DNA of 64,000 bases from a virus, in IMG/VR virus record IMGVR_UViG_3300025655_000017, one strand, 5' to 3'. The position numbers and the translations under genes are program-made. Under the pieces are notes generated by a model. That model saw only the letters and a program-made list of their open reading frames with translations. It had not been told where the DNA came from and made no database searches. Positions 41,286 to 51,061 of the stretch are shown in pieces. Within the stretch, counting starts at the first letter, position 1. Each line of letters starts with the position of its first letter.

Positions 41286-41714
41286 TTAATATATTTTATT
41301 CGCTGTGAATTCTTTATCAAGTGCATCCCAATCAACCATCATATTATTAACCATAGCAGCTTTCTTTAATGGAATTAACGGAGTAATGTCATCAATAAAG
41401 ATTGTTTGTTCTTCTTTCATTTCACTCCAATCCCACCTCATATAAGGATTGATCTTTTTATTTAAAACTCCTGTTAATGGCAATAACTCTATATTTTTGT
41501 TTTTAGAAAATCTTTCTGACCAATGAAACCAATTAGTTGCTTTTAAAAGATCATCCATAGATAGGTCAGCCCGATAAGAATTTAAAAATACGTCGTGCCC
41601 AGCATCTTGTATTTTTCTAATTACTTCAATGCATCCAAAATTGCATCGCCCCATTCTAGGGTAATCATGTTCAACGCAAGTGCCATCGAAATCTAAATAA
41701 AATGTATAAATCAT
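41286..41714 (-). CDS. HAD-superfamily phosphatase-like protein
   Basis: YLDFDGTCVEH, FIDD. Confidence 0.75.
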   Translation of the reverse strand: MIYTFYLDFDGTCVEHDYPRMGRCNFGCIEVIRKIQDAGHDVFLNSYRADLSMDDLLKATNWFHWSERFSKNKNIELLPLTGVLNKKINPYMRWDWSEMKEEQTIFIDDITPLIPLKKAAMVNNMMVDWDALDKEFTANKIY

Positions 41715-42511
41715 TTGTCGAAATAATTAAAAAATGTGGTAGCTTCTGCTGAATTAACAAAAGTTATTTTAAAATTTGTATTTTGAAACAATTGAAATTT
41801 TGAAATCTCACCTTGTTCATAATTCTGAATTAAATCATGATTATAGTAGAATCGACCTCTATTATCCATGAAAATATTTTTGTCAAAGGTTTCTTTAAAA
41901 TGAGTATAAAAATGTCCCATAAACTCTATTAATTTATCAAACTTGCGTTCTTCGGAAGAGTCGAAACGGCTATTATCATTATACCGTGATGCATTAACAA
42001 ACTTTACTATTTTTCCATTTAGTTCTACTTTATAACACTTTACATCATCATAAATTTGTTCATATCTACCAACGTGAAAAGTAGTAATTTTTAAGTGATC
42101 TTTTAATGAGAAGATAATTTCGTCAAGATCATTTTTATAATGATAATGATTCTTTTTATCAATACGGGAATAATAATCACTTTTGCTAATGAATTGATAA
42201 TATTTCTCTAAGTTGTAGAAATTTATGATTTTCATAACAACTTTATCTTTGATTTTTTCATTTTTCTCTTTAACCTCAGCCACAACAGCAGCTTTAAACA
42301 ATTTTGTTTGATCCTCAAGAAAATCATTTAAAATCAAATTTTCAGAATAGTTTACTTTAAAACTATCTTCAAATGATTGTAAGGCATCATTGTTTCGTGC
42401 AATTTGGGCAAAAATATCCCTACACTGTTCATAAAGATCAGCATCCATCAAAGGTTTAGCAGAGATTTTTAAATCTCTGGATTTTTTAATTACTGCATCA
42501 ATATCAATCAT
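41711..42511 (-). CDS. hypothetical protein
   Basis: 266 aa ORF after TATCTTTA promoter. Confidence 0.65.
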   Translation of the reverse strand: MIDIDAVIKKSRDLKISAKPLMDADLYEQCRDIFAQIARNNDALQSFEDSFKVNYSENLILNDFLEDQTKLFKAAVVAEVKEKNEKIKDKVVMKIINFYNLEKYYQFISKSDYYSRIDKKNHYHYKNDLDEIIFSLKDHLKITTFHVGRYEQIYDDVKCYKVELNGKIVKFVNASRYNDNSRFDSSEERKFDKLIEFMGHFYTHFKETFDKNIFMDNRGRFYYNHDLIQNYEQGEISKFQLFQNTNFKITFVNSAEATTFFNYFDK

Positions 42512-42693
42512 AATTATTATAGTTTGTTACGATGTAAAGATAAGCATTATTATATTAATAACCAAAAGATTATTTACCTTTTGGAGTTAATTTTTCTTTT
42601 ATATTATTATTACGACCTTTTAAAATTACAACCTGTTGTACAGGCATTATAATTTTACCCTTGGCATCTAAAAATTTTGGTTTATTTTTTACT

Positions 42694-42969
42694 TCACTCA
42701 TGGTAGCTTTGTTTAAATTTTTTATTAATATTGTTTAGTAATTTAATGATTTTTTGTAACGATCCAAGGCAGTGATAATAAACATCTTCCTTAAAACCAT
42801 ACGCCCTATCATGAACGGTGGAATATAATTGTAAGATAGAATCATCAATTACCAAATTTATGATATATTCCTCACCATTAGTTTCTAGAGAACAATAAAC
42901 GTTATAATTGGGATCATAAATGCCCTCTATTGATTCGTTTATTTTTTTTACAATTTTTAAATAATTCAT
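42694..42969 (-). CDS. hypothetical protein
   Basis: 91 aa ORF. Confidence 0.55.
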   Translation of the reverse strand: MNYLKIVKKINESIEGIYDPNYNVYCSLETNGEEYIINLVIDDSILQLYSTVHDRAYGFKEDVYYHCLGSLQKIIKLLNNINKKFKQSYHE

Positions 42970-42974
42970 ATTAG

Positions 42975-43769
42975 CTATTTTTTGAAAATTTGATAAATTG
43001 TTAAAACTCTTCCATTAGAGTGGTCTGATCCATCATAAAGCTGACCATCTTTTAAACAAAGTACATGACCACTTATATCAATGATATATGTTCCATTATT
43101 GAGGTATTTTGCCACTGATTTTACTGTTGTACCGTTGACATCATCTAGTTTAGTTCCAGTTATTTTATAACTGTCTTTCACCCAGATTTTACTCATATAG
43201 TAACAATGTTTACTGAAAATATAATCCCACCTAGAAATTTTCGTATTTGGGATAAGGGTATCAATATCACCTATATTTTTAAGCTTATCATTATTCCACC
43301 CCAATGATTTCATTTCAGCTAAAACTATGTCATAATGAATATTCATTGCACTGGCAAGAGTATTGATTTGACATCCGTTTTTTATCGCAGTATCATGTAT
43401 GTCAAGATGAGGTAGTCTGATGCTCATACGTTTTTTCAGTGTTTTTTCAGGTTTCCCATCTGGATAATAACGACTAAAATATAATGACATTTTATAATTC
43501 CCTATATAAAAACCCAATATATACATTTTTTCACCTGCTGCAATTATAAACAAATCATCATTATAAAGAACAAAAGTTTTGTAAGGATTGGGAAAATTAA
43601 TAGAATTACTATTTACCTTAATAATTTTATTATAACCTAATGTCTTATACAAAGATATTTTTTCATCAATTTTTTCATAGCAAAAAATTTTAAATGGAAA
43701 TACTATATTGCTATCAATATAATTTGTAAAATATTGATAAATGTTTTGAGGTTTTGTTAGTTCAAACAT
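42975..43769 (-). CDS. hypothetical protein with possible papain-like C-terminal domain
   Basis: GCQINTLA..., GTYII...GHV.C.KDG..YD. Confidence 0.55.
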   Translation of the reverse strand: MFELTKPQNIYQYFTNYIDSNIVFPFKIFCYEKIDEKISLYKTLGYNKIIKVNSNSINFPNPYKTFVLYNDDLFIIAAGEKMYILGFYIGNYKMSLYFSRYYPDGKPEKTLKKRMSIRLPHLDIHDTAIKNGCQINTLASAMNIHYDIVLAEMKSLGWNNDKLKNIGDIDTLIPNTKISRWDYIFSKHCYYMSKIWVKDSYKITGTKLDDVNGTTVKSVAKYLNNGTYIIDISGHVLCLKDGQLYDGSDHSNGRVLTIYQIFKK

Positions 43770-43783
43770 GGAAAAAATATAAT

Positions 43784-43813
43784 GGTGGGTTAAATCTAAT
43801 AATTTAACCCACC
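43784..43813 (-). terminator. hairpin, probable terminator
   Basis: TGGTGGGTTAAAT/ATTTAACCCACCA. Confidence 0.6.
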
Positions 43814-43827
43814 AGTTTGTTTGCTAA

Positions 43828-44196
43828 TTAATTATCATGCAAATCAATCATTGTATTTTCATACTCCAAGTCTTGTAGAGAATTAAAATGAGTAGCCATA
43901 CTCTTATCGTCAAAAAGCTTACGATAAGATTCAACCATATCAGCCAGTTCCTGTTTTTGTGCAGGTGTACCACTATGAATGTTAATCACTGGCATAATCC
44001 GGCATGATTTCCCATTCATAAAGCGATTTGCAATAAACTTTACAATTGTTGTACCATCTTCCCCATGAGGAAGAGAAATAACATCTGTATTTTCCAAACC
44101 CTCATCTCGGATGAGAAATTTAAGATCATCAATATCGTTGAATGTTTCAAACTGAGCTGGAACACTCAAATTAGTTTTATTAAATACAATAATCAT
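43828..44196 (-). CDS. hypothetical protein
   Basis: Start revised to MIIVFNK downstream of promoter. Confidence 0.6.
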   Translation of the reverse strand: MIIVFNKTNLSVPAQFETFNDIDDLKFLIRDEGLENTDVISLPHGEDGTTIVKFIANRFMNGKSCRIMPVINIHSGTPAQKQELADMVESYRKLFDDKSMATHFNSLQDLEYENTMIDLHDN

Positions 44197-44394
44197 AATA
44201 GAATGTTTTAAAAATAAATAATTTTGGTTATTTTGATAAGTCAAAGATAGTAGGAATATTTCCTAATTCCCTATAACTTTTTTTTATTTTAGTTGTTAAG
44301 AATAGAACAAAGATAATCACAAAATATGATATAAACAAGAAAAGCTGCAAAAAAATTAATCTTTGCAGCTTTTTCCCTTCAGTAATGATATGTT

Positions 44395-45132
44395 TTAATA
44401 ATCTTCTTTTAATGTCTCTTTAAAATCTTTTGATTTTCTACCATCCCAGTTTTGCCCCCACACTCTTTCCGATGCTATATGTATTGCAATAATTTCGGGG
44501 ATTAATATACGTCGGCTCCTGTGCCACATTTTTGAAAACAATAAATCACAATGATCGAAGCCATTTTTTTCTGTGAAGGGATATTTTTCAAAATAATCCA
44601 TGTGAGCCATTTGAAAAAATCCTAGTGGATTCCAACCATCAAATTTACCACCATCTCCCTGCTGACCATAATAATGACATATCCTTGCACCAACAGACAA
44701 ATTATCTAAATCAACAAGCCAATTATCCTTTATTAATTTATTAGGGTTATCAATGTATTTCAAGAGTTCAGGCATATTATTAAAATTCACTCTATCACAC
44801 CCATAAAGATTTTGTTTGTTCCAACTCATTTCGGAAAAAACTCTTTTAGTAATAGGAGGAAATAAAATATCAGAGTCTAAAAATAATACCCAGTCATTTT
44901 CTTTTATTAGTTCAAGTGCTTTGTTTATTCCCTTGAATTTATTAAATTTCCCGTTATCATTGAAATCACAAAAGACAGGTGTTAATCCATATGTGTGGCA
45001 TATATCAATTGTAGCTTTATCTTCTTTAACAGTGCAGATATACCACTTTTTAAAAAGGTTTTGGTTTATTAGCGCACTCCACGCTAAAAAATCAGAATAG
45101 TTAACGCAGACAGTAATTGCGATTGGCTTCAT
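44395..45132 (-). CDS. GT-A glycosyltransferase (family 2-like)
   Basis: FNK..GIN, WVLFLDSD (DxD), GFFQ, D..F; TATTTAT upstream. Confidence 0.8.
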   Translation of the reverse strand: MKPIAITVCVNYSDFLAWSALINQNLFKKWYICTVKEDKATIDICHTYGLTPVFCDFNDNGKFNKFKGINKALELIKENDWVLFLDSDILFPPITKRVFSEMSWNKQNLYGCDRVNFNNMPELLKYIDNPNKLIKDNWLVDLDNLSVGARICHYYGQQGDGGKFDGWNPLGFFQMAHMDYFEKYPFTEKNGFDHCDLLFSKMWHRSRRILIPEIIAIHIASERVWGQNWDGRKSKDFKETLKEDY

Positions 45133-45209
45133 TTTTATTATAAATAGAAAATTTATATGCCATTAGCATATTTTTATTATAAAAAATCAATATTTATAAT
45201 AAAAATATT

Positions 45210-45563
45210 ATGTTGAATATTTACAAGATAAATAAAAACTTTGAAAAAATATTTGAAGGTGTAATTTCTAATAAAAAAATTCTTAGTGAGGGAAGATATG
45301 ACAACGATGCTGACGAATTTACACCTCATGGTTATTATACAGTAAGTAATAGCGGAGGATATGAAATAGAATTACATGTTAGTGGCGATGCCGCTAGATT
45401 GAGAAGTTTTAATGGTGGGCAACCTGTTGTAACTGATTGGCTTGAAATAGAACATGTTCAAATAGATGATGTTGATGATGAAGGTGACCAAGAATCCATT
45501 CCTGTAATTGACCCAAACGGTTATAATATTCCTTTAAATATGGTAATGAGAATGCATAGATAA
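45210..45563 (+). CDS. hypothetical protein with N-terminal tag-like segment (..IFE..ILSE)
   Basis: TATTTAT upstream; acidic body. Confidence 0.65.
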   Translation: MLNIYKINKNFEKIFEGVISNKKILSEGRYDNDADEFTPHGYYTVSNSGGYEIELHVSGDAARLRSFNGGQPVVTDWLEIEHVQIDDVDDEGDQESIPVIDPNGYNIPLNMVMRMHR

Positions 45564-45598
45564 AAAAGTCCCAATATTATTAATATTGGGACTTTTTT
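45563..45598. terminator. bidirectional intrinsic terminator
   Basis: AAAAAGTCCCAATA/TATTGGGACTTTTT between convergent genes. Confidence 0.8.
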
Positions 45599-45603
45599 AT
45601 CTA

Positions 45604-46218
45604 TTAAAAATACAATAATGTCATACCATTTTTTTTAACATCTTTATCGTTAAAACCAAATTCTCTTAAAGAGTCATATAGTTTATCCATTCTTACTGGG
45701 TCAAAAATAATATGATAACCATTTAAAGTATTATTGATAATTAAAGCACTACCCTCATTTTTACAATATAATTTTCGATTATCGTATAAAATTTGAATAA
45801 GATCAAGGCGCAATTTTTCATTATTTAATTCATCTACATCTAAAATAAATTTTTTAAATAATGAGTTACATTGACCATAAGCTTTATGATAGGCACCTTC
45901 ATAGGTTCTATAATTATTTTGTTCAGCATATTGTGCTAGAATAACCATTAGTTTCTTAGCTACTGCTACATAGCTCTTGGGATTAATTTCTAAATAAGCC
46001 CTAGCATTTTTAGTTTCACATTGATCTATAATTTTACCAATTAATTTATCATAATCAGCCATAGAAAAAATGTAATAAAAACGAATGAGTTTTTCACCAG
46101 TTTTCATTTCCTCATTACCAGCATCTTTACGACGCTTAATAATTTGAATTCTATAACAAGTATGTTCATTGGTAAAATCTAAAAAATTATGCAGAAATTC
46201 TATATTATTTACTTTCAT
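45604..46218 (-). CDS. conserved phage protein, possible AEP/PrimPol-like fold
   Basis: RRKD, ARAY, ILDVD, T.NGYHII..P. Confidence 0.55.
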   Translation of the reverse strand: MKVNNIEFLHNFLDFTNEHTCYRIQIIKRRKDAGNEEMKTGEKLIRFYYIFSMADYDKLIGKIIDQCETKNARAYLEINPKSYVAVAKKLMVILAQYAEQNNYRTYEGAYHKAYGQCNSLFKKFILDVDELNNEKLRLDLIQILYDNRKLYCKNEGSALIINNTLNGYHIIFDPVRMDKLYDSLREFGFNDKDVKKNGMTLLYF

Positions 46219-46654
46219 TATATTCTGTTAAAAAAACGTGATAAAATTGTGGATAATTTTTCTCCAAGTACTGTTGAAAATTATCACTTTCTTTTTGTTC
46301 GTCATAAAAATCAAAAAAATCCATATCTCCCATCACATAGATATAATGGTCTATGATTTGATCAGGATTCATTTTCTTATAACCGTAGAAATCTAACTGG
46401 GGTACTCCACTGCTATCATAATATAAACAATTCATGAACTGTTTATTATATTCATAAAATTTGGGCAGATACTGAAGATGTACTTGATAGCAAATTTCCC
46501 CATTATTATCTTCGGTATCTTTTTTTATGGAGATAAAACGCAAAACCACACCATCATCTATATCCTGATCATATAAACCATAATCAGAACAATTTTTTAC
46601 TTTGAGTAAAACATTCTCTTTTTGTTTGAGATTAATTAATTTTTTAGCTTTCAT
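46205..46654 (-). CDS. hypothetical protein
   Basis: 149 aa ORF. Confidence 0.6.
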   Translation of the reverse strand: MKAKKLINLKQKENVLLKVKNCSDYGLYDQDIDDGVVLRFISIKKDTEDNNGEICYQVHLQYLPKFYEYNKQFMNCLYYDSSGVPQLDFYGYKKMNPDQIIDHYIYVMGDMDFFDFYDEQKESDNFQQYLEKNYPQFYHVFLTEYNESK

Positions 46655-46704
46655 AAAAGTTCTTTAGTTTTAAAAATATGGTTTTTAATATATTATTTTC
46701 ACTT

Positions 46705-46995
46705 TTAATATTTATTACTTCTTTTTCGTTCAAATAAACATATTCTGAGCTTTCGCAGAATGCATCTATTTCCTTTATTTTTTTGTTCTAACCGATAGTA
46801 AGATTCAATCAACAAAAGATGATTAACAACCCTAATTATTTCTTTATCGCTAAAGCTGGTTTTTAAAAAAATAGGTTTATAAAAATGATCATATAAATAA
46901 TTATTCCAAGCCTTATAGGTGAAAACTTCTTCAATGAATTTAGCTTGTTTAAAGTTGGCTAATAATTCATTATTTGCCATTGCACCAACATTCAA
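46705..46995 (-). CDS. hypothetical protein (possibly a fragment)
   Basis: 96 aa, weak start. Confidence 0.35.
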   Translation of the reverse strand: MNVGAMANNELLANFKQAKFIEEVFTYKAWNNYLYDHFYKPIFLKTSFSDKEIIRVVNHLLLIESYYRLEQKNKGNRCILRKLRICLFERKRSNKY

Positions 46996-47076
46996 ATAAT
47001 GAATAATTCAACATCATTAAAAGTTTTCAAGATAGGTTTTAAGCTATCTGATAATAATTCAGTGATATTGCTGGCA

Positions 47077-47466
47077 TCAGTTTTTTTTGAATTGGTCATA
47101 ATCGTAACATTTTACTTCGTTGTTAATAAAACCTACCTCACCATTGCATGAATTAACAAATCTAATTTCAGCAAAGGTTAATGGCCGACCTATTTGTTCA
47201 ATTTTTTCTACATATTCTTGTTTTAACCACCCATTATTTAATAATTCCGTTTTGGCAAATTGTGGATCATCAATTTTTGATTCTTTCTGATTGTGGTTAA
47301 AATCATTAATATTTATTAGAATTTTAATTACAAATGTTTTATTTTCATTTGCATAAACAATTCTAGTATTTCCCTCATTTTCATAGAAAAACAATTCACC
47401 ATCAACAATTACACATTGTTGTTTAAGATCATTAATTAAACTTTCTTGTTGAATTTCATTTTTCAT
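47077..47466 (-). CDS. small kinase-like hypothetical protein
   Basis: EG.TRIVY..FVIK, N.KE, L.QEY, YDY. Confidence 0.45.
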   Translation of the reverse strand: MKNEIQQESLINDLKQQCVIVDGELFFYENEGNTRIVYANENKTFVIKILININDFNHNQKESKIDDPQFAKTELLNNGWLKQEYVEKIEQIGRPLTFAEIRFVNSCNGEVGFINNEVKCYDYDQFKKN

Positions 47467-47547
47467 AACTAAATAATTTTTTTAACAAGTGAATTACTAT
47501 TATTATGACATAAAGATACAATTAAATTTTGTTAATTCCTAATTAAT

Positions 47548-48114
47548 TTAGAAAAACAGTAAAAATACATTCAGGAAAAAAGAACTAACAATAGCTCCCT
47601 GAATCCATTTATAATAACTCTTATCTATTTGTTCTTTTTCGGGCAATCCATAATAAAGATGGGCAACTCCATAAAACAAATCACCCAGTAATTTATTTGT
47701 TAGTGCCATATTCACAAAAATAGAATTAGGTAGTTCTTGATTGATTAAAATAATGGCCATTAAGCATGTTACAAACCATGCGAAGCCCTTCACGCTACTT
47801 TTATTCACATGTTGAGTCAGTATGAACTGAATCAACAAAAATACCCCAAAACAGCTTAAAAACCATATTAAATGGCTACCTTCATTAAGGTGATAATATA
47901 CAATGAAAATATCTAGCATGAACCAAATTCCATTCCTTAAACGTTGACCTTTACTATCTGCCTTTATGGAATAAAGAAGCTCGTAAGAAATATTGTAACA
48001 ACAAACAATTAGGGGGATCATCGCATATTTTTCATTGACAGCAATCAATATAAAAAATATGTATGTTAGTGCCCAACATATTGCACCCAACCATTTAAGA
48101 TGATTATATTTCAC
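47548..48114 (-). CDS. multi-pass membrane protein, PaxB/Pyr4-like
   Basis: W.LTY, YA.IP....YNISYE, W..LD. Confidence 0.55.
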   Translation of the reverse strand: MKYNHLKWLGAICWALTYIFFILIAVNEKYAMIPLIVCCYNISYELLYSIKADSKGQRLRNGIWFMLDIFIVYYHLNEGSHLIWFLSCFGVFLLIQFILTQHVNKSSVKGFAWFVTCLMAIILINQELPNSIFVNMALTNKLLGDLFYGVAHLYYGLPEKEQIDKSYYKWIQGAIVSSFFLNVFLLFF

Positions 48115-48131
48115 GTTTGTAACATTTAAGT

Positions 48132-48407
48132 TTACAACCAGTAAACTAGGAGATTATTTTGAGCATCTTGTTCATACTCTTTTTTAGCTTCTGAAAATGC
48201 TTCTCTGCCATACCAATAAGCACTAATCTTAGCGGGTTTTGTTGCATCTAAAGCATGATATGCCCTATTTGCTTCATCAGTAGTTTCAAACACAAATGTT
48301 TCTTCACAGTACATCTGTGTTACTGCAATAGGATTAAACCCAGCATTTTTAATTATGGAGATACCTTTGTCAAAGTCCTCTAATAATAATTTGTGATTAT
48401 ATTCCAT
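48132..48407 (-). CDS. hypothetical protein
   Basis: MEYNHK start downstream of TATCTTTG. Confidence 0.6.
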   Translation of the reverse strand: MEYNHKLLLEDFDKGISIIKNAGFNPIAVTQMYCEETFVFETTDEANRAYHALDATKPAKISAYWYGREAFSEAKKEYEQDAQNNLLVYWL

Positions 48408-48459
48408 AGTAGTTTTTTTAGTACTCAACAAAGATAGTGAATTTCGTTTAAAATACCAA

Positions 48460-48729
48460 TTTATTGACAAATTTTTCTTAAAAAGAAAATAAACTAAAAA
48501 TGGAGATATTGTGAATAAAATATCAGGGATTGAATTTTTAAGATAAAAAGCTCCCATTACGATAATGCTGTCATAAGCTTCTTTTAATAGGGCAATAACA
48601 AAACAGGCTAAAAAAGCATAACTTATTTTGTTATTATGTATTCCGATCACAAAAAAAAAATAATCCTATGGTGAAGTGCCTCCCCCATCCGTTTGGATCA
48701 ATTACCCACTTATGAAAAATAATATCCAT
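48460..48729 (-). pseudogene. membrane protein frameshifted at a T10 homopolymer
   Basis: MDIIFHKW..RHFTIG then KEAYD..D.LFT in another frame; A10 at 48651-48660. Confidence 0.4.
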
Positions 48730-48837
48730 TTTAGTTGTATTTTAGATTAAAAATAAGAAAATTTAAATGGAAAGACAAATAAAAAAACATCATTTAAATT
48801 AATAAATGATGTTTTAAGTTATAGATTAATACAACAT

Positions 48838-49407
48838 TTAACGATGCATTGCTATATCATCTACATCGAATATTTTCAAATTACCTTTATTATCATATCC
48901 TAAATTTTCTGCTGATATGTCAGGGGCTTGAACCCCCATTCTTATTAATGTACTATATATATCAGTAATTTCTTCAGCAAATTTGGTTAATTCGTCATCA
49001 CTTGTAATCTTTAAATCATCTTCTAAATCTGTTCCCGGAAGATCAGCTATACTATAACCTATATCATCCAATGCCCCCATTAATTGTGAAAAAAGATTTT
49101 CTATCTCAGAATCTTGATCTAAAAGTTCAACTATTATATAATAGTCATCATTAACAATATCTGCATGATATATTTTTGCAACAGATGGTATATCCTCCCC
49201 TACAATGGATTTGGCTATATCGTATTCTGATTTAGACGATGTTATTTTTAAAACCTTTCCTGTTTCACCAATAGTATAAGCAGTTCCAAACTCGCCTGAT
49301 CCCATATAATGTAAATCATCTCCATCTATACCTAAACTTCTTAAATAACTATCTTTAGTTTGTTCTTCTTTTATAAAAGAAAACATCTCAGAAATAATAT
49401 TTTTCAT
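48838..49407 (-). CDS. protein-kinase-like protein with N-terminal tag (MKNIISE)
   Basis: GSGEFGTAY, VLKIT, D...ENLG, IFD; TATTTAT upstream. Confidence 0.7.
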   Translation of the reverse strand: MKNIISEMFSFIKEEQTKDSYLRSLGIDGDDLHYMGSGEFGTAYTIGETGKVLKITSSKSEYDIAKSIVGEDIPSVAKIYHADIVNDDYYIIVELLDQDSEIENLFSQLMGALDDIGYSIADLPGTDLEDDLKITSDDELTKFAEEITDIYSTLIRMGVQAPDISAENLGYDNKGNLKIFDVDDIAMHR

Positions 49408-49478
49408 TTATAAATAAATAGTTATTACAACAACCTTCTTTCACTATTTATTAAGGTAAAACAAAATAATATATACCT

Positions 49479-49949
49479 TTGATAATATATATAAATGAAA
49501 ATATTTCTTCTGATTCAATAATTGTTTATCACGGAACTAATAATCAATTTCAAAAATTTAATGATAATGCTCCCATATTTTTTGTAGATGATATAGAAAT
49601 AGCTCGAACATATGGGAGATATATAATTAAAGCTATATTAACAATGGATAATCCTATATATTTTGACTTTAATAATGGGTCAACATTTTATTTTCAAGAT
49701 CGTTGGTTTGTTCCATCAGCTTTAGCACTTTTCATGAGAGAGATTCATAACGACATGAAAAAATTTTATAGTTTGGACGATGATCTAATAGATGAGCTAG
49801 AAAGCCATGACTTTAGTGCCCTCTCAGGAGATTTAGATGGGATGGTCATGGAAAATATAAAAGATAGTTCAGGAGAGTTATTTTCTTCTCATAATTCTGC
49901 TAATAATTACGTAGTTTTTAATACCAATCAAATAAAAATTATTAAATAA
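49479..49949 (+). CDS. ART-PolyVal-like ADP-ribosyltransferase with N-terminal tag (MIIYINE)
   Basis: VYHGT..F..F, IFF..D..IA..YG, NP, DG, YVVF...QIK. Confidence 0.7.
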   Translation: MIIYINENISSDSIIVYHGTNNQFQKFNDNAPIFFVDDIEIARTYGRYIIKAILTMDNPIYFDFNNGSTFYFQDRWFVPSALALFMREIHNDMKKFYSLDDDLIDELESHDFSALSGDLDGMVMENIKDSSGELFSSHNSANNYVVFNTNQIKIIK

Positions 49950-49957
49950 AAACCCAT

Positions 49958-51004
49958 ATGCCATTAACAATATTTTTTAAAAGCTTTGAAAATACCCGTA
50001 TTCTGGAAAATGTACAATTAGCCGATAAGTTATATTTTAAAGCTGGGAAACTTACCAGTGAAGATAAAGATATAATATTAAGTATTACAAAAGGTGATAA
50101 TTTCACTAAAATAATTACAGATTTTTTTTATTATTATAAGGAGACTAAACCATTTTTAAGTATTAATAAAATTATTAAAAATCTTGAAATACTTTACATT
50201 GAGGTTAAAAATTATGACAAAAATGTTTACCCAATTGAAGGATATGATATTTTAAATCCTTTTCCAGTGGGATCAATAATTGATGCTATTGAAAAAAGGA
50301 AAAAAATTATTTCTTTTATTAATAGTCTACCATCTATTGCAAAAAGAAATATGAAAAATGATATACGTGAAATGCGTAATCCATCTAAATTGAAAAAATA
50401 TTTTGATCAATTTGAATATTTCATAGCACATTATAAATTACTCTCTAATAGAGATAAATCTATACAGGTTGGTATATTAAAAAAAATGTTTAATGGGAAT
50501 AATACTACTTTAAGTGATTTGCTGCAATTTGTTGAAGATAAAGAAAACCTTTTAGGTGGTGCAGATTTTACAAAAAATGATATAATAAAAATGGCTGAAT
50601 CTAATGACTTTCATATAATATATGAAAGTGGAAATCACATGATAGTAGAAGTTAATTCAGCACAGGGTATAAAGGCAATAGGATGTAATTCATTTTGGTG
50701 TTTTACTTACGGTTCAGGTTTCCAAGGAGCAATGAGTGATTGGCAAAAATATAGTTATAATGATATTGTTTACGTTATTATTGACTTTAGTGAAGATTCT
50801 GACTCAGCAGATTTTATGCATGTTGTAATCAAACCACTTATGGAGGATAATGAATTGATTGAATATGATGATGAATTTTACGAGCAACATCCAATTTTTA
50901 ATATGGCCAATGAAAACTATTCTAATCCTTATTTTATATTAGAAAATTTATTTGGTTCAAATTACATAGATATAATAAAAAAATATTTAAATTTCGATGA
51001 GTAA
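49958..51004 (+). CDS. hypothetical protein with N-terminal tag-like segment
   Basis: 348 aa; IG....WCFTY motif. Confidence 0.7.
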   Translation: MPLTIFFKSFENTRILENVQLADKLYFKAGKLTSEDKDIILSITKGDNFTKIITDFFYYYKETKPFLSINKIIKNLEILYIEVKNYDKNVYPIEGYDILNPFPVGSIIDAIEKRKKIISFINSLPSIAKRNMKNDIREMRNPSKLKKYFDQFEYFIAHYKLLSNRDKSIQVGILKKMFNGNNTTLSDLLQFVEDKENLLGGADFTKNDIIKMAESNDFHIIYESGNHMIVEVNSAQGIKAIGCNSFWCFTYGSGFQGAMSDWQKYSYNDIVYVIIDFSEDSDSADFMHVVIKPLMEDNELIEYDDEFYEQHPIFNMANENYSNPYFILENLFGSNYIDIIKKYLNFDE

Positions 51005-51008
51005 AAAA

Positions 51009-51035
51009 ACCACCATCTAAATTAATAGATGGTGG
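51009..51035. terminator. terminator between convergent genes
   Basis: CCACCATCTA/TAGATGGTGG. Confidence 0.65.
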
Positions 51036-51061
51036 ATCATGAAATATATTAAATATAAAAA

